From: a bacterium
GTDB taxonomy: Bacteria; UBP6; UBA1177
Direction of reading: 5' to 3'
DNA length: 64,000 bases
Assembly (NCBI GenBank): GCA_016290135.1
Contig: JAEESW010000006.1
Location: 27,670 to 91,669 of the forward strand
In this document: positions 52,090-61,814 of the stretch, piece after piece
How the letters are laid out: each line of letters begins with the position of its first letter
Position numbering within the stretch: the first letter of the stretch is position 1
Position numbers and translations under genes: made by a program
Notes under the pieces: model-generated
Databases searched by the model: none
What the model was told of the DNA's origin: nothing
What the model saw: the letters and a program-made list of their open reading frames with translations, nothing else

Positions 52090-53174
52090 TTTTTTTCTCC
52101 GCAAAGCTGCTTTGCCACAAACAAAGCTCTCGCTTCCCAAGTGTTTTCATACCGTTTTTTCAGAACATTCTGCCGTTTTTCTTCAATAAGAGCCCTGTTT
52201 TCAGCCAGTTTTTGCAGAAATTCTCCGAAATTTTCCTCTACGACCCAGCCTATACCGTTTGATTCCACAAAATCTGCGACTGCTGTTCCCGGCGATGCAA
52301 CAACAGGAACGCCGTAGGAAACAGTTTCAAAAAGCTTGAACGGCATAGCGAACTTCAAATATTCGTCAAAAACCCGAAGATTTGCAAAAACATCAGCGTT
52401 TTTATAGCTTTCTTTCACAATTTCACCGCTGCCGTGAATAACAGAAATATTCGGCTCGTACTCCATTTTATAGAAATCCTTCATGGAATCGTATTCGTTT
52501 TTGCGGCATATAACAGTCAGATTGAGCATTTTTCTGCCGCGCACCGCTTCTATCAGAGGGGTAAGATCATATAAAGGCTGCGTAATGCCGCCTATGTACA
52601 GAATATTAAGACCGGAACGGCCGTTTTTTTCAGTAATCTGATCGTAAATTTCACACCCGGAAGGCAGCGGCTGCACATTCGGAATTTTTACCCCGCCGGG
52701 AATATACTGAAGCATTTTAAGAGAAGGCAGAAAAAGTGTGTCGACAAATTTGTCGTACTGCTTTAAATCATATTTGTAAAAATGAACCGCAAACACCCTT
52801 TTCAACGTGGAAACAGACTTTTTATAAAGGTCAAAAGCCCAATAGACATCCCTGTAAAAAAGCCCGATGGGAATATTGTGCCTTTTCAGCTCTTTAAAGA
52901 AACCGAAATCTGTAAACGGATGAAGCGGCAGATGGTGCCTGTCAGTCAGCAGAGTCGGCATCGTCGAAGATTCCGAATAACAGAAGTCATACTTTTCGCC
53001 GTTTTTTATTTTATTTATTATTTCCGAGCACTTAGCCTTTCTTTCCGAAGCCGTTCCGCAGACTTTTTCGACATAAAAGCCGGCTTTTTCAAAACCTTTT
53101 ATCATTTTCAGAGGTCTGATTCCGCTCGCCGACACCGCGTTTTCATCCAAATCGGCCGGAATATGGAAAATCAT
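52086..53174 (-). CDS. GT-B fold glycosyltransferase
   Basis: The likely start is MIFHIPADL. The C-terminus reads FETVSYGVPVVASPGTAVADFVESNGIGW. Its ATGA overlaps the upstream Wzy-like gene's stop. Confidence 0.7.
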   Translation of the reverse strand: MIFHIPADLDENAVSASGIRPLKMIKGFEKAGFYVEKVCGTASERKAKCSEIINKIKNGEKYDFCYSESSTMPTLLTDRHHLPLHPFTDFGFFKELKRHNIPIGLFYRDVYWAFDLYKKSVSTLKRVFAVHFYKYDLKQYDKFVDTLFLPSLKMLQYIPGGVKIPNVQPLPSGCEIYDQITEKNGRSGLNILYIGGITQPLYDLTPLIEAVRGRKMLNLTVICRKNEYDSMKDFYKMEYEPNISVIHGSGEIVKESYKNADVFANLRVFDEYLKFAMPFKLFETVSYGVPVVASPGTAVADFVESNGIGWVVEENFGEFLQKLAENRALIEEKRQNVLKKRYENTWEARALFVAKQLCGEKK

Positions 53175-54637
53175 TTTTCTGCTACTTTGCGGCATGTTTC
53201 ACCTTCAATCTGATTTATATTCAGTTCTTTCCGATACACACAATAAAGAGCGACGGCAACATTACTCAGCATAAAATAAAGATTCGGAAAAATATTCATA
53301 ACTCCGCCGGAAAACTGAAGGATGACAAAACTGAGTACAATGAACGAATTTGTAACCAAAAATATATTTTTCAACTTTCCTTCCGGCATTTTTTTTATCA
53401 TAAAATGAGATCTGACAAAAATCCTACCTATAAAAAAGAGAAAAACGCCAAGCCCTACAAGTCCTGTGGAATAAAGTATTTCTACAATAATATTATGGGG
53501 ATATTTATATTCAGCAAGATTGCTGAAAGTTCCGAGGCCGTTGCCGAAATACGGTTTTTCCTTTATTTTGCCGAATGCCGCAACTATTTTGACTATTCTG
53601 TAACCGATGGTACCGAGATCTTCACTCTCCTTCGCTCTGAGGATATCCTTGTTCTGGCTCAATTTTTCCAGAAGATTCATAGTCTTTTCAATTTTCGAGA
53701 CCTGATATTCGTTGAGAAACATCGAAATATTTGAAAGCGCGACGGCAAAAAACGCAGCAGCGATCAAAACGACGGCAACCATTTTCAGACCGATCCTGTA
53801 TTTTGAAACTATGAAATAGACCACCGCGCACATTATCGCCAGAATGAAACTTCTCTGAAATGTTATAGCAACATACAGAAAAGCAATAAAAACCGTTGAA
53901 TAAATAAATATTTTTTTCCTCGATGAAATCTTTCCGAACATAAGGAAAACAATCGAAACAAGCACAAATTCCATCATAAAAAGCGATGTTCCTATCGGAT
54001 TGTCGAAACCGTAGAAAAAATCGTCAAAACCGCCGGGGTTCAATATCCTGAAAAACCAGTATGCTATCGAAAATCCCATAAAAATCACTAAGTTCATATA
54101 GTAGCTGAGTTCAAGCAGAGAAAGTATATTTTCCTTATTTAAAGGCATAACAACCAGAAAAGATGCAGGGATCACGCCGAAAACAAAAAATTTGACCAGT
54201 ATCTCCAAAGAATCGTTGCCCGAATATAGAAAACCCGATACCGCTCCGAAAACAATGACGGCGATGATCATATAAAAAGATGAAAAGAGAGCGATCTTTC
54301 TTTTGTCTACAGCAAAACTCTTCCGCTGCATGATGAAGATGAAGGCCATAAGCGAGATCATCAGAAGAAACAGTATACCCAGATTATCTATTTCCAGTTT
54401 GCCTATCGTCAGCGATACCGGATATGAAACGGCAAAAAATACAGCAAGAAAAAGATACGGTTTTAAAATAACGATAGCCCCGATAAAAAATACCGCGACA
54501 AGAGACGTCAAAGCGTACAAAGCAATGTTGCCGCCTATCAGAGAAACTCCGAACATTGCAGAAAGCGCCAATGATATCAATAATTTGACATCATCAGACA
54601 AAACGATGTTCTTATTTTTAAAATCTAAAACCGTCAT
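53171..54637 (-). CDS. polytopic membrane protein, Wzy-type polymerase / O-antigen ligase-like
   Basis: The ORF is 488 aa with at least 10 hydrophobic segments and one large loop. Its position between Wzx and glycosyltransferase genes fits a Wzy role. Confidence 0.6.
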   Translation of the reverse strand: MTVLDFKNKNIVLSDDVKLLISLALSAMFGVSLIGGNIALYALTSLVAVFFIGAIVILKPYLFLAVFFAVSYPVSLTIGKLEIDNLGILFLLMISLMAFIFIMQRKSFAVDKRKIALFSSFYMIIAVIVFGAVSGFLYSGNDSLEILVKFFVFGVIPASFLVVMPLNKENILSLLELSYYMNLVIFMGFSIAYWFFRILNPGGFDDFFYGFDNPIGTSLFMMEFVLVSIVFLMFGKISSRKKIFIYSTVFIAFLYVAITFQRSFILAIMCAVVYFIVSKYRIGLKMVAVVLIAAAFFAVALSNISMFLNEYQVSKIEKTMNLLEKLSQNKDILRAKESEDLGTIGYRIVKIVAAFGKIKEKPYFGNGLGTFSNLAEYKYPHNIIVEILYSTGLVGLGVFLFFIGRIFVRSHFMIKKMPEGKLKNIFLVTNSFIVLSFVILQFSGGVMNIFPNLYFMLSNVAVALYCVYRKELNINQIEGETCRKVAEK

Positions 54638-56031
54638 TTTACAATTTCTCTGTACAAAACCGCTTCATCTTTGTTCTCGAATCTCTGATTATGCCAGAGC
54701 AGAACGAACTGCCCGTCGAACAAAGCCGTTGTATTCATTAAAGATTTTATAAATTCAAAACTTTTTTCACCTACACCGAGATTCATATATCTTTCATCAA
54801 TTACGGAACATTCCATAACTATAAGCGGAAGTTCCTTAAGTTCAAGCCTTCTGCCTGACATCAGATCAAAAAGAGGATATTCCCAGCATACTCCGCTTCT
54901 GAAACCTGCATGATCGGCGAAAGAGAGCGAAAGATCGCGTTTTATCCCGCATTCTTCCATTATTCTCCAGCTTTCGGGGACCGAGACTCTCAAAAAGTGG
55001 TGACGCGCCTCAAAAAGATCAATATTCACAGCGGCTTCAGCACATACTTTACGGAATCTTTCAGCCTCTTTTTTCATTTTTTCGGGATCACTTGCACCGT
55101 CATAGCTTACATGCAGTCCGCAGACGTGTCCTCTTTCCTTAATTTTCTTAAATATCTCAACTATTTTTTCATTATCCAAGTCATAGTCGCTGTTCAAAAG
55201 TTTTCCATAGTTTTCCGCAATAAAATAGAAGTGGCTTTTCAGTCCGATACTTTCACTGAAGTCCATAATTTTATTGAATGTATTGTACGGATCTCTTTCG
55301 ACCTTTCCCCTTTTTACGGCAACAAACGAGCCAAGATCGCTGAAAGTCTTTTTCAATGAACGGTGTTTCAGTATATCTGCTGCCAACACCTTCAAAAATC
55401 TTTTCGGACTCATGAAGAGAAACTTAAAAGGTTTGTCGACATCGTGCGTGAGAACAATGCTGAATTCATGCTCTTGCCGCACAAGTTCCGGATAAAGCTT
55501 TGCGAGTGCAGACCATAGAATTTCGACATATTCGCTGACTATCGGACGAGTCAGAAAACCTTCCTTGAAAGCGAGCGATGCCGCTGCCGGAAAACGGCCG
55601 TGCATATCTTTCTTCTCTTTCGAAACGACTTCTTCGTATCTCGTGAGCATGAAAAATGCGCTTCCGAAGATGTCAATTCCTATTTTTATTTCTTTATCTG
55701 TTTGATTTATTTCAGGATCTTCTTCACCGTATATTACCGGAATTTCGTCGCTGACAGATTTAAAATCAAACGGGGAATCCTTTTTATTTATCTTTTTGAG
55801 CGGAGTTTTAGGCATCGAACCTTCTTTGAGCCAGAGCGATTTTTCCATTGAAAAAAAGGCGTCGCTGAGCGTTACCGAGCCTTTTTCAAGAACGATTTTG
55901 ACAGCTTCTGCTTCGTCTGAAAACGAAACTTCGTATTCAAGACCTAAAAATTCCGAGAATATCACGTCGAAAATATATTTTCTTTCGTTCTCAAAAGAAG
56001 ATGGAGATTTTACAAATATTCTTTTACCCAA
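54634..56031 (-). CDS. hypothetical protein conserved within the polysaccharide locus
   Basis: The ORF is 465 aa and soluble. I recognise no diagnostic motifs. It is translationally coupled by an ATGA overlap to the Wzy-like gene. Confidence 0.5.
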   Translation of the reverse strand: MGKRIFVKSPSSFENERKYIFDVIFSEFLGLEYEVSFSDEAEAVKIVLEKGSVTLSDAFFSMEKSLWLKEGSMPKTPLKKINKKDSPFDFKSVSDEIPVIYGEEDPEINQTDKEIKIGIDIFGSAFFMLTRYEEVVSKEKKDMHGRFPAAASLAFKEGFLTRPIVSEYVEILWSALAKLYPELVRQEHEFSIVLTHDVDKPFKFLFMSPKRFLKVLAADILKHRSLKKTFSDLGSFVAVKRGKVERDPYNTFNKIMDFSESIGLKSHFYFIAENYGKLLNSDYDLDNEKIVEIFKKIKERGHVCGLHVSYDGASDPEKMKKEAERFRKVCAEAAVNIDLFEARHHFLRVSVPESWRIMEECGIKRDLSLSFADHAGFRSGVCWEYPLFDLMSGRRLELKELPLIVMECSVIDERYMNLGVGEKSFEFIKSLMNTTALFDGQFVLLWHNQRFENKDEAVLYREIVK

Positions 56032-56034
56032 AAT

Positions 56035-56973
56035 CTACTCCCCAAAATCATCCGGCGGCAACTTGCTCTCTCCGTCGGGAAGCTCGATATATTTTTTGTA
56101 GAACATCCTTGCAACGAATAGTGCCTTGCTGAACTTTCCGTGAAGAAGCGACCTTAAAATGAAACCTATCCTTGTGCTGCGGCTGAACTCCCAGTTGAGC
56201 TGACATTCGATGCAGAAAGGGTCTCCGCAGTCAAGGAACGAAGGATCTTTTTTCAGAATATCGTATTCGGTCTTCAAAGTGCCGCGCATGGAAGAAAGCA
56301 TTGAATCGGCATTTCCTACCTTTCCCCTGGCAATTATGTCACCGTTCTTTTCATAGTAAGGAAGAAATTTGTTGAACGATTCTTTGCAGATACCTGCCCA
56401 GTCGCGCCTGAAGAAGGTCTTTTGACCATTTTTCATATAGCAGACTCCAAGATACGGACGAAGATTTCTGAGTTTCAGCATTCCTATCGCGACATGAGTC
56501 GTTCCGACACCGGGGATCTGTTCGTCGCTTCCGATCTTAAGGTTTTTAGCACCTTTCAGAGCCATGATTCTTAAAATATCGTAAGCATAGGATTCATCGG
56601 TATGCTTTTCGCAGAATTCTTTCGCATACTTTCCGATGGCGGCAAATTTCTGCACGGGATGGCGGCTGCGCTCTACTCCGGGATATTTAAGCATCTCGTT
56701 GGCGAGGACCCCGCAGTATGAAGCCGATCTTTCATCGACCGGCGGCATTTTTTCCGCAACGGAAGGTTTGTAAACTTTAATGAAGGAATCAGTAACGATC
56801 GTTCCTTCCTCGCCTACCGCTTCGAGAAGAGCTGAAATAAGCGTTGCAGCACCGCCTTCGACCTTACCAAGAGATCTCATTGAGCATTTGACGTTCAGAA
56901 TATCACCGGGCTGCACTCCGAGCTCCTTCAGATCGCTCACAAGCTCGGCTTTAGTTATCGGCTTTACATCCAT
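56035..56973 (-). CDS. AAC(3)-family (Antibiotic_NAT, PF02522-like) N-acetyltransferase
   Basis: The N-terminus reads ...ELVSDLKELGVQPGDILNVKCSMRSLGKVEGGAATLISALLEAVGEEGTIV. This closely follows the AAC(3) N-terminal pattern LG.. GD.L.VH.S...G.V.GGA..vv.AL...VG..GTl. Confidence 0.5.
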   Translation of the reverse strand: MDVKPITKAELVSDLKELGVQPGDILNVKCSMRSLGKVEGGAATLISALLEAVGEEGTIVTDSFIKVYKPSVAEKMPPVDERSASYCGVLANEMLKYPGVERSRHPVQKFAAIGKYAKEFCEKHTDESYAYDILRIMALKGAKNLKIGSDEQIPGVGTTHVAIGMLKLRNLRPYLGVCYMKNGQKTFFRRDWAGICKESFNKFLPYYEKNGDIIARGKVGNADSMLSSMRGTLKTEYDILKKDPSFLDCGDPFCIECQLNWEFSRSTRIGFILRSLLHGKFSKALFVARMFYKKYIELPDGESKLPPDDFGE

Positions 56974-58243
56974 CTTTCCTTCCTTTGACCGCGATATTAA
57001 AACATACGACCAGCATAAGCAGATAATAAGACGCCATAAGGGCGGTATAAAGCATCAGGAATTCTCTCATTTCAAAAGAAAAAATATTGGAAACGACAAA
57101 TACTGCGACCATCAGCACAAGCTGCAGTAAAGTCAGCATGAGACTTGTTCTCTGCTTTTCGAAAGTACTCATCGTGACCGAAAGAGGTGCCGCCACAAGA
57201 CGCACCGCGACTAAAACTGATAGAATCTTCGCATAATTTCCGGCAATTCTCCAAGATTCGCCGAAAACAAAGGCGAAAAGCTCTTCTCCGAAGAAAAAAA
57301 GAACGAAGAAAACAGGCAGCGCAATAAGTGCAAGATATTTCGCCGACTGGATAAAAGCGTTTTTTGCAGCACCGGTTTCGTTTCTTTCCTGAGCCGCACG
57401 CTGAAAATAGGCATCAGAAACCGAAGAGCCGATAAGAGTCAGCGGAACGCTTACTGCCTTGTTAACAAGAGCATACTGACCGAGTACGGCAAGTGAAAAA
57501 AGCGAGGTGAGGAAAAAACTGTTGAGATTCAAAGAAAGCGAATTGGAGAGAGCTCCTGGAAGCGAGAATTTCGGGAAATCGGAATATTTTTTCGCCTCTT
57601 CCGCCATTTTTGCGCGGCTGACACCGGCAAAGAGCTCTTTTCTTCTGTAAACATTTCTGACAAGAGAGGTGTTTCCGAAAAAATGAGACAATATTTCTCC
57701 TGTAACAAGACCGCCCGAAGTAAATCCGATAAAACCGAGACCCAGTTTTATAAAAGCCCCGGCGGAAGACTTCACGGCTCTCGTCACAGCCACATTTTTA
57801 AAATCCTTGATGCGTATGCTGAAATATCTGAGAACATTGTAAAGACTCATCATAAAAACGACGAGCGGCACGAAATAAAGCCAGAAGGATATTGATTCAT
57901 TTCCTAAAAGCGACGCTATTCCCGAATTGAAAACGGCAAAAACTACTTGAAGGAACAGAGCGAAAAAAAGCGAAATCCATATTGAAAGAGCAACAATGTT
58001 CACAGCTTCTTCATCTTTTTTCGGAATTACTATCGACAGCTCATAACGCCCCGCAGCAACGACCGAAAGAACCGAACAGATGCTGAAAAACAGTGCCAGA
58101 ACACCGAAATCGTCAGGTGAATAGAGCCTCGTCAGGATCGGGGAAAGAGCAAACGGAACGATCTGCGCGGCCGTAGTGCCCGTAAGCAGAGTGACTATAT
58201 TTTTGGCGAAATCGTTCTCTTTGAACTTTCGAAAAAACATCAT
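56951..58243 (-). CDS. Wzx-type polysaccharide flippase (MOP/polysaccharide biosynthesis protein family)
   Basis: The ORF is 430 aa with about 12 TM segments. The N-terminus reads NIVTLLTGTTAAQIVPFALSPILTRLYSPDDFGVLALFFSI, as in O-unit flippases. Confidence 0.7.
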   Translation of the reverse strand: MMFFRKFKENDFAKNIVTLLTGTTAAQIVPFALSPILTRLYSPDDFGVLALFFSICSVLSVVAAGRYELSIVIPKKDEEAVNIVALSIWISLFFALFLQVVFAVFNSGIASLLGNESISFWLYFVPLVVFMMSLYNVLRYFSIRIKDFKNVAVTRAVKSSAGAFIKLGLGFIGFTSGGLVTGEILSHFFGNTSLVRNVYRRKELFAGVSRAKMAEEAKKYSDFPKFSLPGALSNSLSLNLNSFFLTSLFSLAVLGQYALVNKAVSVPLTLIGSSVSDAYFQRAAQERNETGAAKNAFIQSAKYLALIALPVFFVLFFFGEELFAFVFGESWRIAGNYAKILSVLVAVRLVAAPLSVTMSTFEKQRTSLMLTLLQLVLMVAVFVVSNIFSFEMREFLMLYTALMASYYLLMLVVCFNIAVKGRKDGCKADN

Positions 58244-58247
58244 TTTG

Positions 58248-59828
58248 TTATTTCAGACTCTCTTTGAGAGATTTGAAAATTTCCTTTGCAAAAACAGCTG
58301 CAAAACCGGAAAAAACGGTAAGCATAACGATTATTATCGCAAAGATCCTTACTTTCGGGAAAGAACGGAGAACATTCGGATCCGGGGCGTCGATGACTCT
58401 CGCAGGAACGATACCGACATTAGGTGAGACCGAAGATTCGTAAAGTTTGGCTGAAAGCGTGACATAGACTTTTTCGGCAAGTTCGACATCGCGTTTGAGG
58501 TTAGCGAAAGTGAAAAGCGTTTCTGGGATCTTCCCCTGCCCGCTCATTATCATGTCAAGAAGATCATTGAGGAGCTTTTCCCCTTTTTCATACTGCGCTA
58601 TGCTTGTTTTTATAACATTTTTCAGAGCATTCTCGCTCTCTTTTATCTCTTCGTCGGCAGCCACTTTGAGAGGGTGTTCCGCCGTTACGCGCTGGGTAAG
58701 TTCGTTATTTTTGAAAAGAAGGGCGTTGTGGTATTTCAACGCCTCCTGCACCGATTCCTCATCGATCGGAACGGTTATCGGCTTACCAGGGTTTTGATCA
58801 ATATTTTTCAAAGTATTGGCAAGGATCTGGCGTTTGAATTTGAACTCTTCGATCTGTATCTTCAGAGTCTCCTGCTTTTTAAGAAGCTCGGGAACTTCGA
58901 CTTCAGGCATTATCGTTTTTTCCTGCTGCTGGAAAGCGATCATCTTCTGACTTTTCTCATCGATCCCCAGAGAAAGTTCGTCGAGCATTTTTGTAATATA
59001 ATCCTTTTTGGAGCGGGCATCATTGTCTTCCCATTCAGTCTTTCTCTGAATAAAACTCCCGGTAATGTTTTCTAAGATCTTTGATGCAAAAACAGGACTT
59101 TCGTGCGAGTAAAAAAGTTTTATCATTTCCGACTCATCGGCTTTTTTAATAGTCAGACTGCCGGAAACCCGCTCTCTTGTGTCTATTATCGGCTCGAATA
59201 TAAACCTATACGAAACCGGAACTGAAAAAGTTCCCAGCTTTTCGATTACAAGAGCGTCCCCTTTAAAAGAGCAGCTGTCATTCCAGCGGCACTCGCTCTT
59301 TTCTCCGCCGTATTCTATTGAAAAACCTTCTTCGGAAGCCACAAGATCTCCTTTTTCCTTGGATTTCATAGACTCCGGAATTTTTTTAAAAACTATAAAA
59401 GCATCTTCCGGAAGTTCGCCGAAGACCCTGTTCCAGAGATATGAAAACATTGTATTGTTTTTTCTCCAAACATTCATCTGGAGTCCGTTCTCCGCGATGA
59501 CGGAATCCATAATCGTTCTGCTTTTGAGAAGTTCCAGATCAATGCTTTTGTCGTTAGTCATGCCGCCCCCGCCCATAAGCACAGATATAGCATCGAACGA
59601 AAGAGACGGAGCACTCTGCTGGCTTCTTATCTCGAGAGAAGAATTTACATCATAGATAGGCGTCAACAGGAAAAGAAAAACAAAGGAAAGAACGGCAAAT
59701 GCAACAAAAGAAGAAACAAAAAACAACTTTTTATTGTCACGCAGAATTTTAACAAGGTCTTTCAAAGTTATTTCGACAGTTTCCTTTTTATTTTCAATTT
59801 CATTAGTATTTTCAACAATATTATCCAT
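58248..59828 (-). CDS. Wzz/GumC-like polysaccharide chain-length determinant (PCP family)
   Basis: The likely start is MDNIVENTNEIENKKE. It has an N-terminal TM segment (LFFVSSFVAFAVLSFVFLFLL), a long coiled-coil periplasmic region and a C-terminal TM segment (IFAIIIVMLTVFSGFAAVFA). Confidence 0.6.
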   Translation of the reverse strand: MDNIVENTNEIENKKETVEITLKDLVKILRDNKKLFFVSSFVAFAVLSFVFLFLLTPIYDVNSSLEIRSQQSAPSLSFDAISVLMGGGGMTNDKSIDLELLKSRTIMDSVIAENGLQMNVWRKNNTMFSYLWNRVFGELPEDAFIVFKKIPESMKSKEKGDLVASEEGFSIEYGGEKSECRWNDSCSFKGDALVIEKLGTFSVPVSYRFIFEPIIDTRERVSGSLTIKKADESEMIKLFYSHESPVFASKILENITGSFIQRKTEWEDNDARSKKDYITKMLDELSLGIDEKSQKMIAFQQQEKTIMPEVEVPELLKKQETLKIQIEEFKFKRQILANTLKNIDQNPGKPITVPIDEESVQEALKYHNALLFKNNELTQRVTAEHPLKVAADEEIKESENALKNVIKTSIAQYEKGEKLLNDLLDMIMSGQGKIPETLFTFANLKRDVELAEKVYVTLSAKLYESSVSPNVGIVPARVIDAPDPNVLRSFPKVRIFAIIIVMLTVFSGFAAVFAKEIFKSLKESLK

Positions 59829-59967
59829 AGAAACTCCATTACGAACAAAATCAAAGCCCATTATTATACTAAAAACCCTTATAAACGCAAATATAAAATA
59901 AATGGAAAAATGACTGATTTTCATGTATAAACGCACGGCTTTTATTAACTTGGATTCCAAGGTTAGT

Positions 59968-61773
59968 ATGAAAAACATCAATAATATCAGAAATTTTTCG
60001 ATCGTAGCCCACATCGATCACGGCAAATCGACTCTTTCCGACCGTCTTCTCGAAATGACGGGGGGCTTAAGCGAGCGCGAGATGACGGAGCAGTTTCTCG
60101 ATGACATGGAGCTCGAAAAAGAGCGAGGTATCACGATAAAGGCACGTGCTGTAACGGTTTTCCACGAATATAATGGCGAAAAATACGAATTCAATTTCAT
60201 CGACACTCCGGGACACGTCGATTTTTCCTACGAAGTGAGCCGCGCACTGACAAGCTGCGAAGGTGCTCTTCTCGTAGTTGATGCAACTCAGGGAGTCGAG
60301 GCTCAGACTTTAGCCAATGTCTACATGGCGATCGACAACGATCTCGCTATCGTTCCTGTCATCAACAAAATCGACCTTCCGAGCGCCGATGTCGAAAAAA
60401 CGAAAACAGAGATCGCCGACATCATCGGGATCGACACCGAAGACGCCTCTCTCGTTTCGGCAAAAACCGGTGTCGGAGTTAGAGAGCTTCTTGACAAGAT
60501 AGTTACCGAAATTCCCGCACCCAAGACAGATCCTTCAATGAAAACAAGGGCTCTTGTGTTCGACAGCTGGTTTGACGCATATGTCGGAGTCAGAATGATG
60601 GTGAGGATGTTCGACGGCGAGATCAAAACAGGCGACATCATACATCTCATGCATTCGGATGCCGATTACGAAGTCATAGAAATCGCGAAATATATGCCTT
60701 TCCTCAAGAAAGTGGACTCGCTTTCTGCTGGCGAAGTCGGCGTTATTGCTGCCGGAATCAAGACTATCCACGATGTCAGGATCGGCGAAACGATAACTCT
60801 TGCAAACGATCCGACGACTACTCCCCTCCCCGGCTTCAAACCGATGAAACAGATGGTTTTCTGCGGAGTTTTCCCGGTAGAAACTTCAAAATACGAAGAA
60901 GTCAAACGCGCGGTCGAAAAACTCGCCCTCAACGACTCGAGTTTTTCCTACGAGCCTGAAAATTCAACAGCTTTGGGTTACGGATTCCGCTGCGGATTCT
61001 TGGGAATGCTCCACCTTGAGATCGTAAAAGAGCGTCTTGAGCGCGAATTCGGCCTTGAACTCATCACGACGGCTCCGAGCGTTGCATACAAAGTCGTCCT
61101 CACTAACGGAGAGGAAGTCATCGTCGAAAACCCGGACAAACTGCCGAAACCGCAGATAATCGCCCACATCGAAGAGCCGATAGTCAAAGCATCGGTCTTC
61201 ACTCCGGCGGAATTTATCGGCGGACTCGTAAAACTCTGCTTAGACAAGCGCGGAAAGCAGAAAAACATGATCTATCAGGCGGCAGACCGCGTTATTTTGG
61301 AATATGAAATGCCCCTCAGCGAGATAGTTTACGACTTTTACGACAAACTGAAATCGATCTCGCGCGGTTTTGCCTCGCTTGACTACGAATTCGACCGCTA
61401 CGAGAAATCGAACCTCGTCAAAATGGACATCCTCATCAACGGAGAGCCGGTCGATGCGCTTTCGGTCATCGTCCACAAGGACAATTCATACCAGATGGGG
61501 CGTTCGCTCGTAATGAAGATGCGCCGCGTCATACCGAGACAGATGTACGATGTCGCGATCCAGGCTGCAATAGGTTCGACCGTAATTTCACGCGAAACCG
61601 TCAAGGCCTACAGAAAGGACGTCACCTCGAAATGCTACGGCGGCGACGTATCGCGAAAGAGAAAACTTCTCGAAAAGCAGAAAGAGGGAAAGAAGCGGAT
61701 GAAACAGCTCGGAAACGTCGAGATCCCGCAGGAAGCCTTTTTGGCAGTCCTTGAAGCAGGAGAAGAAGAATAA
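59968..61773 (+). CDS. lepA: elongation factor 4 (LepA)
   Basis: It starts [29 protein letters not shown], which is the G1 motif. It also has DTPGHVDF and NKID. The C-terminus reads ...[23 protein letters not shown]. The track ORF starts 45 nt earlier. The MKNINN start is the more likely one. Confidence 0.9.
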   Translation: MKNINNIRNFSIVAHIDHGKSTLSDRLLEMTGGLSEREMTEQFLDDMELEKERGITIKARAVTVFHEYNGEKYEFNFIDTPGHVDFSYEVSRALTSCEGALLVVDATQGVEAQTLANVYMAIDNDLAIVPVINKIDLPSADVEKTKTEIADIIGIDTEDASLVSAKTGVGVRELLDKIVTEIPAPKTDPSMKTRALVFDSWFDAYVGVRMMVRMFDGEIKTGDIIHLMHSDADYEVIEIAKYMPFLKKVDSLSAGEVGVIAAGIKTIHDVRIGETITLANDPTTTPLPGFKPMKQMVFCGVFPVETSKYEEVKRAVEKLALNDSSFSYEPENSTALGYGFRCGFLGMLHLEIVKERLEREFGLELITTAPSVAYKVVLTNGEEVIVENPDKLPKPQIIAHIEEPIVKASVFTPAEFIGGLVKLCLDKRGKQKNMIYQAADRVILEYEMPLSEIVYDFYDKLKSISRGFASLDYEFDRYEKSNLVKMDILINGEPVDALSVIVHKDNSYQMGRSLVMKMRRVIPRQMYDVAIQAAIGSTVISRETVKAYRKDVTSKCYGGDVSRKRKLLEKQKEGKKRMKQLGNVEIPQEAFLAVLEAGEEE

Positions 61774-61814
61774 CGGCGGAAAATATTGGAATATTTTAAT
61801 ATCAGGAGAAAGAA

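Noticed and set aside
56951-56973. The 23-nt overlap between the Wzx stop and the AAC(3)-like start as evidence of a frameshift or pseudogene
   Set aside because: Both reading frames are full-length with intact family motifs. Short overlaps are common in tightly coupled operons, and this one fits the pattern of ATGA overlaps elsewhere in the same locus.
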